Source of the DNA: Chitinophaga pinensis
GTDB taxonomy: Bacteria; Bacteroidota; Bacteroidia; UKL13-3
Length of the DNA: 64,000 nt
Assembly: GCA_945873755.1 (NCBI GenBank)
Contig: CAMCEM010000001.1
Location: 19,469-83,468, forward strand
Direction of reading: 5' to 3'
Part shown: positions 56,427-64,000 of the stretch, one piece after another
How positions within the stretch are numbered: position 1 is the first letter of the stretch
Layout: each line of letters opens with the position of its first letter
Notes under the pieces: generated by a model
Databases searched by the model: none
The model's input: only the letters and a program-made list of their open reading frames with translations
Told to the model about the DNA's origin: nothing
Translations under genes and position numbers: made by a program

Positions 56427-56750
56427 ATGAAAAAAACAGAGATAGAAAAAGAGGCCATCATAGCCGAGTATTTAACAGGAACATCAAGTTACAGAAAACT
56501 AGGTAGTAAGTATCAAATTGATTTTAGAATGATACATTCGTGGGTAATAAAATACCAAGGAAAATCATTGAAGCCAAGTAAATCAAAGAAAAAAACAGAA
56601 GAAATAGAAGTTCTTCCCAAAAATGTAAAGCAGCTTCAAGAAGCATTGCGAATGGCAAAACTTCACAATAAATTGTTGAATAACATTATTGATATTGCAG
56701 AAGAGCAACTCCAAATCGATATCCGAAAAAAGTCTGGCACCAAGCGGTAG
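56427..56750 (+). CDS. IS3 transposase OrfA (HTH protein)
   Basis: 107 aa, helix-turn-helix N-terminus plus a leucine-zipper-like tail. It ends 18 nt past the slippery heptamer. Confidence 0.8.
   Translation: MKKTEIEKEAIIAEYLTGTSSYRKLGSKYQIDFRMIHSWVIKYQGKSLKPSKSKKKTEEIEVLPKNVKQLQEALRMAKLHNKLLNNIIDIAEEQLQIDIRKKSGTKR
56726..56732 (+). other. programmed -1 ribosomal frameshift heptamer A AAA AAG
   Basis: In the orfA frame this reads CGA AAA AAG. The -1 frame is open from here (KKVWHQAVERTEQSIPRCINDLCSLLGYSRQSYYQ...) into the integrase-core ORF. Confidence 0.7.
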
Positions 56751-57667
56751 AAAGAACAGAACAAAGTATACCTCGTTGCATAAACGACCTTTGTTCGCTG
56801 CTTGGTTATAGTAGGCAAAGCTACTATCAAGGTACTAAATTTATTAAGGAAAAAACTTATCAAGCTGATTTAATAATAGCAGAAGTATTGAGTTATAGGG
56901 TTCATCAAGACCGATTAGGAACACGTAAATTGCTAGATGAAATGCAGCCTTTTCTTGCATCCCATCAATTTCAAATAGGTAGAGATGCCATGTTTGATTT
57001 ATTGGCCGAGAATGGATTATTGATACGGAAAAACAAACGAAGAGGTTGTATTACTACGCTCTCAAAACATCGTTTTAAGAAGTATCCAAATATCATCAGG
57101 GACTTTATTCCTATTGGTCCTAATCAGCTTTGGGTAAGCGATATTACTTATATTCATCTAGCAAAAGGTTTTGCTTATTTAAGCTTAATAACAGATGCCT
57201 ATAGCAGAAAAATTGTAGGATTTTACTTGAGTAAAGATTTAACGGCAAATGGCCCTTTGCAAGCTTTAAAAATGGCTTTAAAAGGCAATGCAGGAATTTA
57301 AAATTTAATACATCATAGCGACCGTGGAGTTCAGTATTGCTGCGATGCCTATGTGAAATTATTAACTGATAATAAAATAAAAATAAGCATGACCGAGAAT
57401 GGTGATCCATTGGAAAATGCAATTGCAGAAAGATTGAATGGCATTTTAAAACAAGAACTTTTAGAAGAAGAATAACCAGATTATAACAAGGCTCAAAATG
57501 CAGTAGCAGTGGCTTGTAGCACTTATAATCACCTCAGACCACATGGCAGTATTGATAACTTAAAACCTGCGGAAGCACATCTTTTAAAAGGTGAAATAAA
57601 AAAACGTTGGAAGAATTATTATCAAATAAATAAGAAAAAAAAGGAGGAGGAGCTTATGAACTGTTAG
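56726..57667 (+). pseudogene. IS3 transposase OrfB (DDE/rve integrase core) with two in-frame TAA codons
   Basis: A single frame carries WVSDITYI, HHSDRGVQY, ENAIAERLNGILKQE and YNHLRPHGS. It is interrupted by TAA at 57299-57301 and at 57473-57475. Confidence 0.75.
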
Positions 57668-57985
57668 GTTTTATTAGGCATTATCAGAATGCGTAATTAC
57701 TAAAAATCCGCTTTGTTTAACAATGAAACAAAGCGGATAATTACGCTATCTGACTGGGTTAATCCTAGAGAGTTGCTCCTCAGCAGAGCTCTTTTCCGCT
57801 TCATCCAGTTCAGCAAATGTAAACGGTATTTAGGATTTAAATTAATTGTGTAAACTTGTACCAGGATTTTTAACCAATAAGTGTAAACTTTTTTCAGGAC
57901 GACATAGGTAAACAACTTAACCCAAATCAGACGACAAAAAAGAAATGAAAATTGGACATGTAATCCTTGACACGAGAGAAAGGCA

Positions 57986-58116
57986 GCACATAACACGGGT
58001 TTGGCAAAAGTGGCGGTTCAGTGCTCCGCAGTCCGCCAATTGGCGCAGGTTAATCATCCGCTAGCTAGCGGATGGTGAAAATCGCCACCTTCGCCAATCT
58101 GCAAACCGTTATGTGC
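57986..58116. other. GC-rich nested-palindrome element (structured RNA or MITE-like repeat), function unknown
   Basis: Outer stem gcacataac(acg)ggtttg pairs with caaaccgttatgtgc. Second stem ggcaaaagtggcgg pairs with tcgccaccttcgcc. Inside are the perfect palindromes cgccaattggcg (58034-58045) and catccgctagctagcggatg (58055-58074). Confidence 0.6.
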
Positions 58117-58118
58117 CA

Positions 58119-58155
58119 CTCTCACAAGTTTTATCACGCAAGACATAAGTCACTT
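58119..58155 (-). repeat. REP-like repeat, copy B (inverted relative to copy A)
   Basis: The reverse complement aagtgacttatgtcttgcgtgataaaacttgtgagag aligns with copy A. Confidence 0.7.
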
Positions 58156-58196
58156 TTTAGAATGAATATTAAACAAATTAAAATTAAATTTGAGGC

Positions 58197-59465
58197 ATGA
58201 CCACACTAGTAATAATTGTATTTATAATTGGCTATTTAGCCATTGCGTTTGAACATCCCCTTAAGCTAAACAAAGCCGCTGCTGCTTTGCTTACAGGCGT
58301 TTTCTGTTGGACCATTTACATGTTTAGCGGAGTAGAAAAAGAACATGCAGTGGAAGAACTGCTTCATCACCTTGGCGAAATTTCGTCTATACTATTTTTT
58401 TTATTGGGTGCTATGACCATAGTAGAGTTAATAGACAGTCATGACGGTTTTACACTTATAACCGACAAAATAAAAACCCGCAGCAAAACAAAGTTGCTTT
58501 GGATTATTGGCATCATTACCTTTTTCTTATCTTCATTGCTCGACAACCTTACTACAGCAATTGTTATGACATCTTTAACAGCAAAACTGCTTGATGAAAA
58601 AAATGACCGCTTATGGTTTACAAGTTTAATTATTATTGCAGCAAATGCAGGCGGTGCATTTTCGCCCTTAGGCGATGTAACTACCACCATGCTTTGGATA
58701 GGCAAACAAATAACCGCTCAAAATATTATAGTCCAATTATTTTTGCCAAGCATTGCTGTTTGTTTAGTTCCACTTTTAATTATTACGCCTAAATTTCGCA
58801 ATCAAACATTCACATTTAACAATGTTACTTCAACTGCTGTTAACAAAAAGGAAGCAAACATTATTTTAGTTTCGGGTATTCTTTTGTTACTTTTTGTTCC
58901 TATTTTTAAAATGCTTACCCATTTACCTCCTTTTATGGGTGTGTTATTTGCGTTAGGTATTTTATGGATTGTGGTTTCGGTAATTCATTACAAAAAACCA
59001 CTTGACCAAAAACAAAAGCTAACCGTTACCCATGCTTTAGAAAAAATAGACACCCCAAGCATTTTATTTTTCCTTGGAATATTGCTTGCAGTTTCTGCCT
59101 TTCAATCTTTTGGTATTCTTAAACAACTTGCAAATTTTTTAGATAATTCTTTAGGCAATATTTATTCAATAGGTACTGCCCTTGGACTTGTTTCGGCCAT
59201 AGTTGACAATGTGCCGCTAGTGGCAGCAGCACAAGGAATGTACGATTTACAAACCTATCCCACCGACCACTACTTTTGGGAGTTTATGGCGCTAACAACA
59301 GGAACAGGGGGAAGTGCAATCATTATTGGTTCGGCAGCAGGTGTAGCTGCTATGGGAATTGAAAATATAGATTTTATGTGGTACTTTAAAAAAATAAGTT
59401 GGATAGCTCTTGCAGGTTTTATTGCAGGTATTTTAGTTTTTATTTTACAAACAAAAATATTTTAA
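58197..59465 (+). CDS. nhaD: NhaD-type Na+/H+ antiporter (ArsB/NhaD permease superfamily)
   Basis: 422 aa, about 11-12 TM helices. SSLLDNLTTAIVM and AIVDNVPLVAA repeat motifs are typical of NhaD. Confidence 0.7.
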   Translation: MTTLVIIVFIIGYLAIAFEHPLKLNKAAAALLTGVFCWTIYMFSGVEKEHAVEELLHHLGEISSILFFLLGAMTIVELIDSHDGFTLITDKIKTRSKTKLLWIIGIITFFLSSLLDNLTTAIVMTSLTAKLLDEKNDRLWFTSLIIIAANAGGAFSPLGDVTTTMLWIGKQITAQNIIVQLFLPSIAVCLVPLLIITPKFRNQTFTFNNVTSTAVNKKEANIILVSGILLLLFVPIFKMLTHLPPFMGVLFALGILWIVVSVIHYKKPLDQKQKLTVTHALEKIDTPSILFFLGILLAVSAFQSFGILKQLANFLDNSLGNIYSIGTALGLVSAIVDNVPLVAAAQGMYDLQTYPTDHYFWEFMALTTGTGGSAIIIGSAAGVAAMGIENIDFMWYFKKISWIALAGFIAGILVFILQTKIF

Positions 59466-59499
59466 AAAAGGCCAAGATTAGAGATAGTAACTTTGTAAA

Positions 59500-61281
59500 A
59501 TGAACATTACCCCAATAAATAAAATAAAGTCATTTATTGAATGGTTACAAACCAAGCTGAATAAAAAGCAATTCATTATTTTATCGAGTATACTTGTTGG
59601 GCTTTCGGTTGGTATAGCGGCCATTATTTTAAAAACGTTTGTTCATTACATATTTATTGCTGCAACGTATAAGGAGTTAGGCAATTTAAAATACTTATTT
59701 CTTGTATTGCCAATTATTGGTATATTTTTAACTGTTTTATTGGTTAAAAAACTGCTTCACGCAAAACTTGACAAAGGATTATCGCATATACATTATGCCA
59801 TTTCCAAAAAATCGAGCAATGTACCTAAAGAGCAAATGTATGCGCAAATTTTAACCAGTTCTTTAACCGTTGGTTTTGGAGGTTCAGCAGGACTTGAAGC
59901 ACCAATTGTAATTACAGGTGCCGCATTTGGTTCAAATTATTCAAAAACCTATCATTTAAGTTACAAGGAAAGAACTTTGCTTTTAGCTTGTGGCATTGCA
60001 GCAGGAATTGGTGCTGCTTTCAATGCTCCCATTGCTGGTGTTTTATTTGCATTAGAAGTACTGCTAATTGACATTAGTATTTCTGCATTTACCCCAATTA
60101 TAATTTCGGCAGCTACGGGTGCATTAATATCAAAAATAATTCTGCAAGACGATATTCTATTGTCATTTAATTTACAACAACCTTTTAATTACACTAATGT
60201 TCCATTTTACATACTTTTGGGTTTATTGGCAGGTGTAATTTCAGTGTATCATTCTCGTGCGTTTACCAAAATTGAAAAGTTATTTAGTAAGTCACCTAAT
60301 AAAATATATATAAATATAGCAATTGGAGGCATGGCTTTAGCGGCTCTACTTTTTGTTTTTCCCTCTTTATTTGGCGAGGGTTATCAAAGTATAAAATCCC
60401 TTGCTTTACAACAGCCCGAAAACTTATTAAATAATGGGTTATTTCAAAATTATAAAAGCAACGAATGGTTTGTTTTAATTTTTGTGGGTGTATTAATATT
60501 CGTTAAAGCAATTGCAACTGCACTTACCTTAGGCAGTGGAGGAAATGGAGGAAATTTTGCTCCATCATTATTTGTAGGTTCATACCTTGGCTTTTTTCTT
60601 TCAAGGTTTTTTAATATGCTTCACCTAACAAATTTACCTGAAAGTAATTTTACAATTGTTGGCATGGCAGGTATATTAAGCGGACTTTATCATGCACCAT
60701 TAACAGCAATATTTTTAATAGCTGAAATAACAGGCGGCTACACATTAATGATTCCTTTAATGATTGTTTCTTCTATTAGTTATGCCATTTCAAAATACTT
60801 TGAACCATTTTCGATGGACACTAAAATACTTGGGGAAAGCGGAAAAATACTCACCTACGACAGAGACTACAATATTTTAACTACTATCAATACTTCAAAT
60901 TTAATTGAAACCAATTTTCAAAAAATAGCTCCAACTGACACCTTGGGTAATTTGGTAGAAATAATAGCTAAATCGAAAAGAAATATTTTTCCAGTTACCG
61001 ACAGTGAGAACAAATTTTTAGGTATCATTATTCTTGATAACATTAGAGATATTATGTTTAAAAATGAATTGTACAATAAAGTAACTGCAAAAGAATTAAT
61101 GACAAATCCTCCAACAACTATTTCATTAACCCAAACAATGGAAATAGTAATGAAAAAATTTGATGAAACAGGAGCTTGGAATTTACCCGTAATTGACAAT
61201 GGACATTACATTGGGTTTATCTCTAAATCGAGTGTGTTTTCGAGCTATAGAACAAAGTTAAAAGAAACAACAATATCATAA
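59500..61281 (+). CDS. ClC-family chloride channel/transporter with a C-terminal CBS pair
   Basis: GFGGSAGLEAP, GSGGNGGNFAPSLFVG and GLYHAPLTA selectivity-filter-type motifs. Two CBS-like repeats at the C-terminus. Confidence 0.85.
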   Translation: MNITPINKIKSFIEWLQTKLNKKQFIILSSILVGLSVGIAAIILKTFVHYIFIAATYKELGNLKYLFLVLPIIGIFLTVLLVKKLLHAKLDKGLSHIHYAISKKSSNVPKEQMYAQILTSSLTVGFGGSAGLEAPIVITGAAFGSNYSKTYHLSYKERTLLLACGIAAGIGAAFNAPIAGVLFALEVLLIDISISAFTPIIISAATGALISKIILQDDILLSFNLQQPFNYTNVPFYILLGLLAGVISVYHSRAFTKIEKLFSKSPNKIYINIAIGGMALAALLFVFPSLFGEGYQSIKSLALQQPENLLNNGLFQNYKSNEWFVLIFVGVLIFVKAIATALTLGSGGNGGNFAPSLFVGSYLGFFLSRFFNMLHLTNLPESNFTIVGMAGILSGLYHAPLTAIFLIAEITGGYTLMIPLMIVSSISYAISKYFEPFSMDTKILGESGKILTYDRDYNILTTINTSNLIETNFQKIAPTDTLGNLVEIIAKSKRNIFPVTDSENKFLGIIILDNIRDIMFKNELYNKVTAKELMTNPPTTISLTQTMEIVMKKFDETGAWNLPVIDNGHYIGFISKSSVFSSYRTKLKETTIS

Positions 61282-61407
61282 AAAAAGCACTATAAAAAGC
61301 ACCATTAACAACCCATTTGAATTAGTTGGATTTTAGAACTTTAAATTTTTTTGACTTAAATATAAATTAGTTTTTCAAATTGCTTTTTGCGTTCCTAATT
61401 ACCCAAG

Positions 61408-61450
61408 CTCTCTCAAGGGTTATTCATACAAGTTGTGAGTCACTTGTGAG
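61408..61450 (-). repeat. REP-like repeat, copy C (inverted relative to copy A)
   Basis: The reverse complement ctcacaagtgactcacaacttgtatgaataacccttgagag shares its first 16 nt exactly with copy A and aligns beyond that. Confidence 0.75.
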
Positions 61451-61516
61451 AAAGAATTATTAAAGCTAAAAACCTTGCTAATAAAAAACAAATTTTGATT
61501 TTGATGAAAAAAAGGG

Positions 61517-61524
61517 TATGTTTG
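61517..61524 (+). promoter_or_regulatory. Bacteroidota -7 promoter box (TAnnTTTG) with an upstream TTTTG
   Basis: TTTTG-(19 nt)-TATGTTTG lies about 100 nt upstream of the sensor kinase ATG. Confidence 0.45.
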
Positions 61525-61625
61525 ATTTCGTAAACCTTTTTAAATAAATAAGTTATAGTCAAGCTTAAGTTCTCTCCTGATTATTTAGAATAAATTATAA
61601 ATCCACAATTTTTTTAACAAATAAA

Positions 61626-63191
61626 ATGGAAGCAATTAAAAAAGAAGACGATAGATTTAAAGGATTCTTGGAATCTGCTCCAGATGCAATTGTTATTGTG
61701 GACAATGATGGAAAAATTCAAATTATAAATTTTCAAACTGAACAACTATTTGGTTACACCCGTAACGAACTTATAGGAAAAGAAGTGGAAGTATTAATGC
61801 CACCTCATTTTAAAAATACGCATCACAAACACAGACATAATTTCGCTGCCGAACCTCAGGCTAGAGCAATGGGAAAAGGGATGGAATTATTCGGACAACA
61901 CAAAGACGGTAGCGTATTTCCTGTTGCTATTAGCATTAGTAAATTGGAAACCGAAAATGGTTCTTTAATGGCTGCAACTATTAGAGATGTTAGTTATGAA
62001 AAGAAAATTGAAAAGGCATTGATTCAAGCCAAAGAAAGTGCTGAAAAAGCAAAACAAATTGCGGAAGATGCAATGGAAGCAAAACAAAACTTTTTATCTA
62101 ATATGAGCCACGAAATTAGGACACCTATGACAGCAATTATAGGTTTTTCAAAAGTGGTTCTGAAAACAGATTTAACGGATAGACAAAAGGAATACATTTC
62201 AGCTATAAAAACTAGCAGTGATGCTTTGCTCGTGCTTATTAACGACATTCTTGATTTAGCAAAAGTGGATGCTGGGAAAATTACTTTTGACCTTTTGCCC
62301 TTTAATTTAAAATCATCTATATCAATTTTGCTCCACTTATTTGATATAAAATTTCAAGAAAAGGGGTTAAAACTGGTTAAAAAATTTGACAAAACAATTC
62401 CGGAATTATTGTTAGGTGATTCGGTGCGTTTAAATCAAATAATGCTGAATTTATTAAGCAATGCTATTAAGTTTACCCCCGAAGGAGAGATTTGTGTAAG
62501 TATCAATTTGAAAAGTGAAGATGATGCAAATGTAAATATTGAATTTATGGTTGCCGATACAGGAATAGGAATACCTGAACATATGATACCAACAATTTTC
62601 GAAAACTTTGTACAAGCTACAACTAGCACCGCAAGACTTTTTGGAGGAACAGGTTTAGGTCTTGCTATTGTAAAGAAATTGGTTGAAAAACAAGGTGGTA
62701 TTATTACAGTAAAAAGTAAAATAGACCAAGGTTCTACTTTTAGTTTTGTATTAAGCTTTAAAAAGTGCGAAGCAGAAATGCCAATTATTACTGGCTTAAC
62801 CGAAATAGAATTAGATAAAGACATAAAGAATTTAAAAGTATTAGTAGTTGAAGATGTTGCATTGAATCAATTACTAATGAAAATAATATTAGACGACTTC
62901 GGATTTGAAAGAGAAATTGCGGAGAATGGAAAAATTGCCATAGAAAAATTGCAAACTAAATCTTTTGACATTATACTAATGGACTTGCAAATGCCCGAAA
63001 TGAATGGATTTGAAGCTACAGAAATAATTCGTAAAGTATTAAACTCTAACATTCCAATTATTGCATTAACAGCTGATGTAACCGAAACAGATTTAGCACA
63101 GTGTAAAGCCGTTGGAATGAATGACCACATTGCCAAACCAATTGATGAAAAATTGCTTTATAATAAAATAGTAAAGTTAGTAAAAAAATGA
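61626..63191 (+). CDS. hybrid sensor histidine kinase (PAS - HisKA - HATPase_c - receiver)
   Basis: PAS (FLESAPDAIVIVD...), H-box MSHEIRTPM, G-boxes DTGIGIP and GGTGLGLAIV, receiver DIILMDLQMPEMNG. Confidence 0.9.
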   Translation: MEAIKKEDDRFKGFLESAPDAIVIVDNDGKIQIINFQTEQLFGYTRNELIGKEVEVLMPPHFKNTHHKHRHNFAAEPQARAMGKGMELFGQHKDGSVFPVAISISKLETENGSLMAATIRDVSYEKKIEKALIQAKESAEKAKQIAEDAMEAKQNFLSNMSHEIRTPMTAIIGFSKVVLKTDLTDRQKEYISAIKTSSDALLVLINDILDLAKVDAGKITFDLLPFNLKSSISILLHLFDIKFQEKGLKLVKKFDKTIPELLLGDSVRLNQIMLNLLSNAIKFTPEGEICVSINLKSEDDANVNIEFMVADTGIGIPEHMIPTIFENFVQATTSTARLFGGTGLGLAIVKKLVEKQGGIITVKSKIDQGSTFSFVLSFKKCEAEMPIITGLTEIELDKDIKNLKVLVVEDVALNQLLMKIILDDFGFEREIAENGKIAIEKLQTKSFDIILMDLQMPEMNGFEATEIIRKVLNSNIPIIALTADVTETDLAQCKAVGMNDHIAKPIDEKLLYNKIVKLVKK

Positions 63192-63501
63192 CAATAATTA
63201 AAACTTACAAAGTCTCTTAATTGCAAAGAAACGCTAGCCAATAGCAGCAAATTTTATAAGTCGGGGTTTAGTGCTCCGCAAATAGGTTTATAGTAGCTGA
63301 AAGTTCCGTTATTAGCAACAATAATGGTCCTAAAAACCCCGCACACCATAAATCAGAAAGCCAATAAAAGCATGCCTAACTAACCACTCAATCATTGACT
63401 CAAAGATTGACAATGTGTAAATAATGCAATTTATATATTTTATTATGTAACTCTAAGGTTTGCCTAGAGGTTAATTTTGAATTTTAATTAAACATAATAA
63501 A

Positions 63502-64000
63502 ATGAAAAAGTTTTTTCTAAACAATTCTTTTTTTCTAACAACAATGTGCTGTTTACTAATTGTTTCATGCGACAACGGCAAGAAAACACCTGAGGTAAAA
63601 ACTACAACCAAACAACATATGGATGCAGAAACTAAAACAATTGAAAATATGCAAGTGGCTTACAAAGGAGAAAAGACAGCAATAGCTAAATACGAAGCGT
63701 TTTCAAAGAAGGCTGAAGAAGAAGGCTACCATAACATTGCCTTGTTATACAATGCAGTTTCAGCAGCCGAGAACATTCATGCTAATAACCACAAAGCGGT
63801 GATTGAAGATGCAGGAGCAACCGTTCCCATTATAATTCCTGAGTATAAAGTTAAAACAACAAAAGAAAATTTGCATGACGATATAGATGGAGAAGCCTAT
63901 GAGGCCAAAACAATGTACCCCGATTTTTTAAAAACTGCGGAAACAGCAAATAATCAAATTGCTTTTTTAAGTCTTACCTATGCTATGCAAACGGAACTAA
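63502..64000 (+). CDS. rubrerythrin/ferritin-like lipoprotein (partial, runs off the window)
   Basis: MKKFFLNN...LIVSCDNG lipobox. ENMQVAYKGEKTAIAKYEAFSKKAEEEGY and GEAYEAKTMYPDF are diiron-helix-type motifs. No stop before base 64000. Confidence 0.6.
   Translation, partial: MKKFFLNNSFFLTTMCCLLIVSCDNGKKTPEVKTTTKQHMDAETKTIENMQVAYKGEKTAIAKYEAFSKKAEEEGYHNIALLYNAVSAAENIHANNHKAVIEDAGATVPIIIPEYKVKTTKENLHDDIDGEAYEAKTMYPDFLKTAETANNQIAFLSLTYAMQTEL

Larger units (their letters stand above)
56385..57904 (+). mobile_element. IS3-family insertion sequence (about 1.5 kb), transposase inactivated
   Basis: Imperfect terminal inverted repeats: tgtctcgtcctagaataggtttacac (56385-56410) versus the reverse complement of gtgtaaacttttttcaggacgaca (57881-57904). 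orfA/orfB architecture with an A6G slippery site. No target-site duplication recognised. Confidence 0.7.

Noticed and set aside
57299-57475. The two in-frame TAA codons in the IS3 orfB, considered as evidence of stop-codon recoding or an alternative genetic code.
   Set aside because: TAA terminates most well-supported genes in this window at the expected positions, so it is a functional stop here. Decay of an IS copy is the simpler explanation.
57700-57996. The minus-strand 98-aa ORF between the IS3 transposase and nhaD.
   Set aside because: It spans the IS right end and hairpin and runs into the GC-rich palindromic element. It has no motif, and its composition is driven by the repeats. It is most likely spurious.
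1-64000. rRNA and tRNA genes.
   Set aside because: I scanned every intergenic gap longer than about 100 bp by eye. None showed a T-loop (GGTTCGAATCC-like) or acceptor-stem signature, and none showed rRNA-like conserved blocks. tRNAscan-SE or Infernal should confirm this.

Overview
The window is an AT-rich chromosomal segment, about one-third G+C by eye (not computed). It looks like Bacteroidota of the Flavobacteriia/Cryomorphaceae-like type. Three things support this: type IX secretion C-terminal sorting domains on secreted enzymes, TAnnTTTG-type promoter boxes with very short leaders, and a carotenoid crtI-crtB pair. It carries dnaA, gltX, purE and other housekeeping genes.

Four regions stand out:
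1. 2436-10367 is a tightly coupled operon. It has three paralogous cobalamin-type radical SAM enzymes interleaved with two SAM methyltransferases and a Pol-beta-type nucleotidyltransferase. A glycosyltransferase, another methyltransferase and a decayed methyltransferase lie upstream. I cannot assign it to any pathway I know, and it is my best candidate for an undescribed system.
2. 40376-54693 is a beta-glucan (laminarin-type) utilisation locus with GH16, GH3 and a clan GH-A hydrolase plus a propeller/YYY/LuxR regulator. In place of a SusC/SusD pair it has two mid-sized plug-less beta-barrel proteins and two CBM-like lipoproteins.
3. 54700-61550 is a plastic ion-homeostasis patch: a CDF transporter, a decayed IS3 element, NhaD and ClC. 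It also holds gene remnants, four copies of a REP-like 40-bp repeat, and a GC-rich nested-palindrome element just upstream of nhaD.
4. Two genes are broken at homopolymers: a small outer-membrane beta-barrel gene at a G11/C11 tract and corA at a T8 tract. This is either phase variation/decay or homopolymer sequencing error.

I found no rRNA, tRNA or CRISPR array. All family calls come from motifs read in the supplied translations; no database search was run.
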